In this document: in pieces, positions 63,249-64,000 of the stretch
Position numbering within the stretch: the stretch's first letter is position 1
Layout: each line of letters opens with the position of its first letter
Virus record (IMG/VR): IMGVR_UViG_3300045988_103931
Span: 1 to 64,000 of that record
DNA length: 64,000 bases
Reading direction: 5' to 3' (one strand)
Origin: a virus
Position numbers and translations under genes: made by a program
Notes under the pieces: generated by a model
Told to the model about the DNA's origin: nothing
The model's database searches: none
Seen by the model: the letters and a program-made list of their open reading frames with translations, nothing else

Positions 63249-64000
63249 TTGCCGGAATCGAAAACAAGTCTTGCGAAAATGCTGCATGACATACGCAGGA
63301 TTGAAGAAAATCGGGAAATACTCACTAAAAAGAAAATACAGGAAATATATCACTCTCTTATGGATGATCTTGATGCATTTCTTGCCAAAGAGTATAAGAA
63401 GTACGCCGATGAAGATGGGCGGCTGTACATGACTTATCTTGATAGCAAGAGACAAAGAGCAAAGTTTCTACAAGAGATTGTAGAGAATGTGGACAGCATA
63501 ACGCCTGACCTGAAAAAGACAATGATGAACCTTGTAAACAAGACTTATGAGGAATGCTACAAGGGAATGTCTGAGACGGTCGTACAAGCCACTACAGCGG
63601 AAAACGTTGCGGGGGTGAGTAAAAACCTTGCCGTTCGTCCAGAGGTGTTAAAACAGGCTGTAGACAACAATATAAGCAAGCTGACCTTGCCACAAGTCAT
63701 GCAAAAGCATAGAGCGGAAATAATCTATCAGATTCAGCAGGAATTGAATATCGGTCTGATGAACGGGGATCGATATGAGCGCATGGCTAAACGCATTTCG
63801 GAACGTGTAGGCGTGAGTATGAGCAAAGCAAATAACATTGTCAGAACAGAATCACACCGAAACATAGAAAGCGGAATGATGGATTGCGCCGAACGGCTCG
63901 ACAGTAAATTAAAAGGCAGTGATTTGATTTATGCGGCAACATGGCGAACGATGAAAGATAATCGCGTCCGTCCGCAAGTGCGCAGACGTACAAAACACGG
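63249..64000 (+). CDS. minor head protein (SPP1 gp7 / Mu F-like), 3' truncated by window edge
   Basis: TTG 63249 lies 5 nt after GGAGGTG. The frame is open to the end of the window. NIVRTESHRNIESG and AATWRTMKDNRVRPQ are typical of the gp7 family. It is absent from the ORF track because no stop lies in the window. Confidence 0.7.
   Translation, partial: MPESKTSLAKMLHDIRRIEENREILTKKKIQEIYHSLMDDLDAFLAKEYKKYADEDGRLYMTYLDSKRQRAKFLQEIVENVDSITPDLKKTMMNLVNKTYEECYKGMSETVVQATTAENVAGVSKNLAVRPEVLKQAVDNNISKLTLPQVMQKHRAEIIYQIQQELNIGLMNGDRYERMAKRISERVGVSMSKANNIVRTESHRNIESGMMDCAERLDSKLKGSDLIYAATWRTMKDNRVRPQVRRRTKH

Overview
The whole window reads as one segment of a tailed dsDNA phage genome. I recognised no host housekeeping genes. 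It is almost entirely + strand, moderately AT-rich, and uses Firmicutes-style Shine-Dalgarno sites (AGAAAGG / GGAGG). All functional calls come from motif recognition by eye on the supplied translations and from reading the DNA; no database search was run.

Layout:
(i) 1-16.2 kb, late genes. A contractile-tail module: sheath-like, tube-like, tail assembly chaperone with an out-of-frame extension ORF, a 1223-aa tape measure with a C-terminal lytic transglycosylase, a LysM protein, baseplate hub / spike / gp25-like / J-like proteins, and an HxH-repeat tail fibre. Then a lysis cassette: two holin-like proteins and a GH25 endolysin.
(ii) 16.25-17.1 kb, a non-coding island. It holds a second copy of an origin-like repeat, five intrinsic terminators and three promoter-like units (sRNA candidates).
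(iii) 17.1-55.8 kb, an early/middle region of about 90 mostly small ORFs, cut into operons by eight copies of a ~75-bp promoter/operator cassette. Contents: an SNF2 helicase; two tandem paralogous modules [unknown protein + IbrA-like PP-loop ATPase (PAPS-reductase family) + IbrB-like ParB protein] followed by a divergent methyltransferase-like gene; a COG1533/SPL-like radical-SAM enzyme; a G/T-rich degenerate repeat tract; a minus-strand lysogeny module (large serine recombinase, degenerate resolvase-domain protein, XRE/CI-like repressor); Erf / YqaJ / SSB / RusA recombination genes; DnaD-like plus DnaC-like replication genes with a lambda-style ori inside the initiator gene; a ThyX-like protein; a dUTPase; a sigma factor; and a late regulator.
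(iv) 55.8-64 kb, start of the late operon, behind a strong promoter plus terminated leader. Contents: ParB-like + DpdA-like + QueF-like + YhhQ-like genes (a 7-deazaguanine DNA-modification module), a metallophosphoesterase, TerS, TerL, portal, and a 3'-truncated SPP1-gp7-like minor head protein.

The strongest novelty candidates are the duplicated IbrA/IbrB-like modules and the unusually repetitive regulatory architecture.
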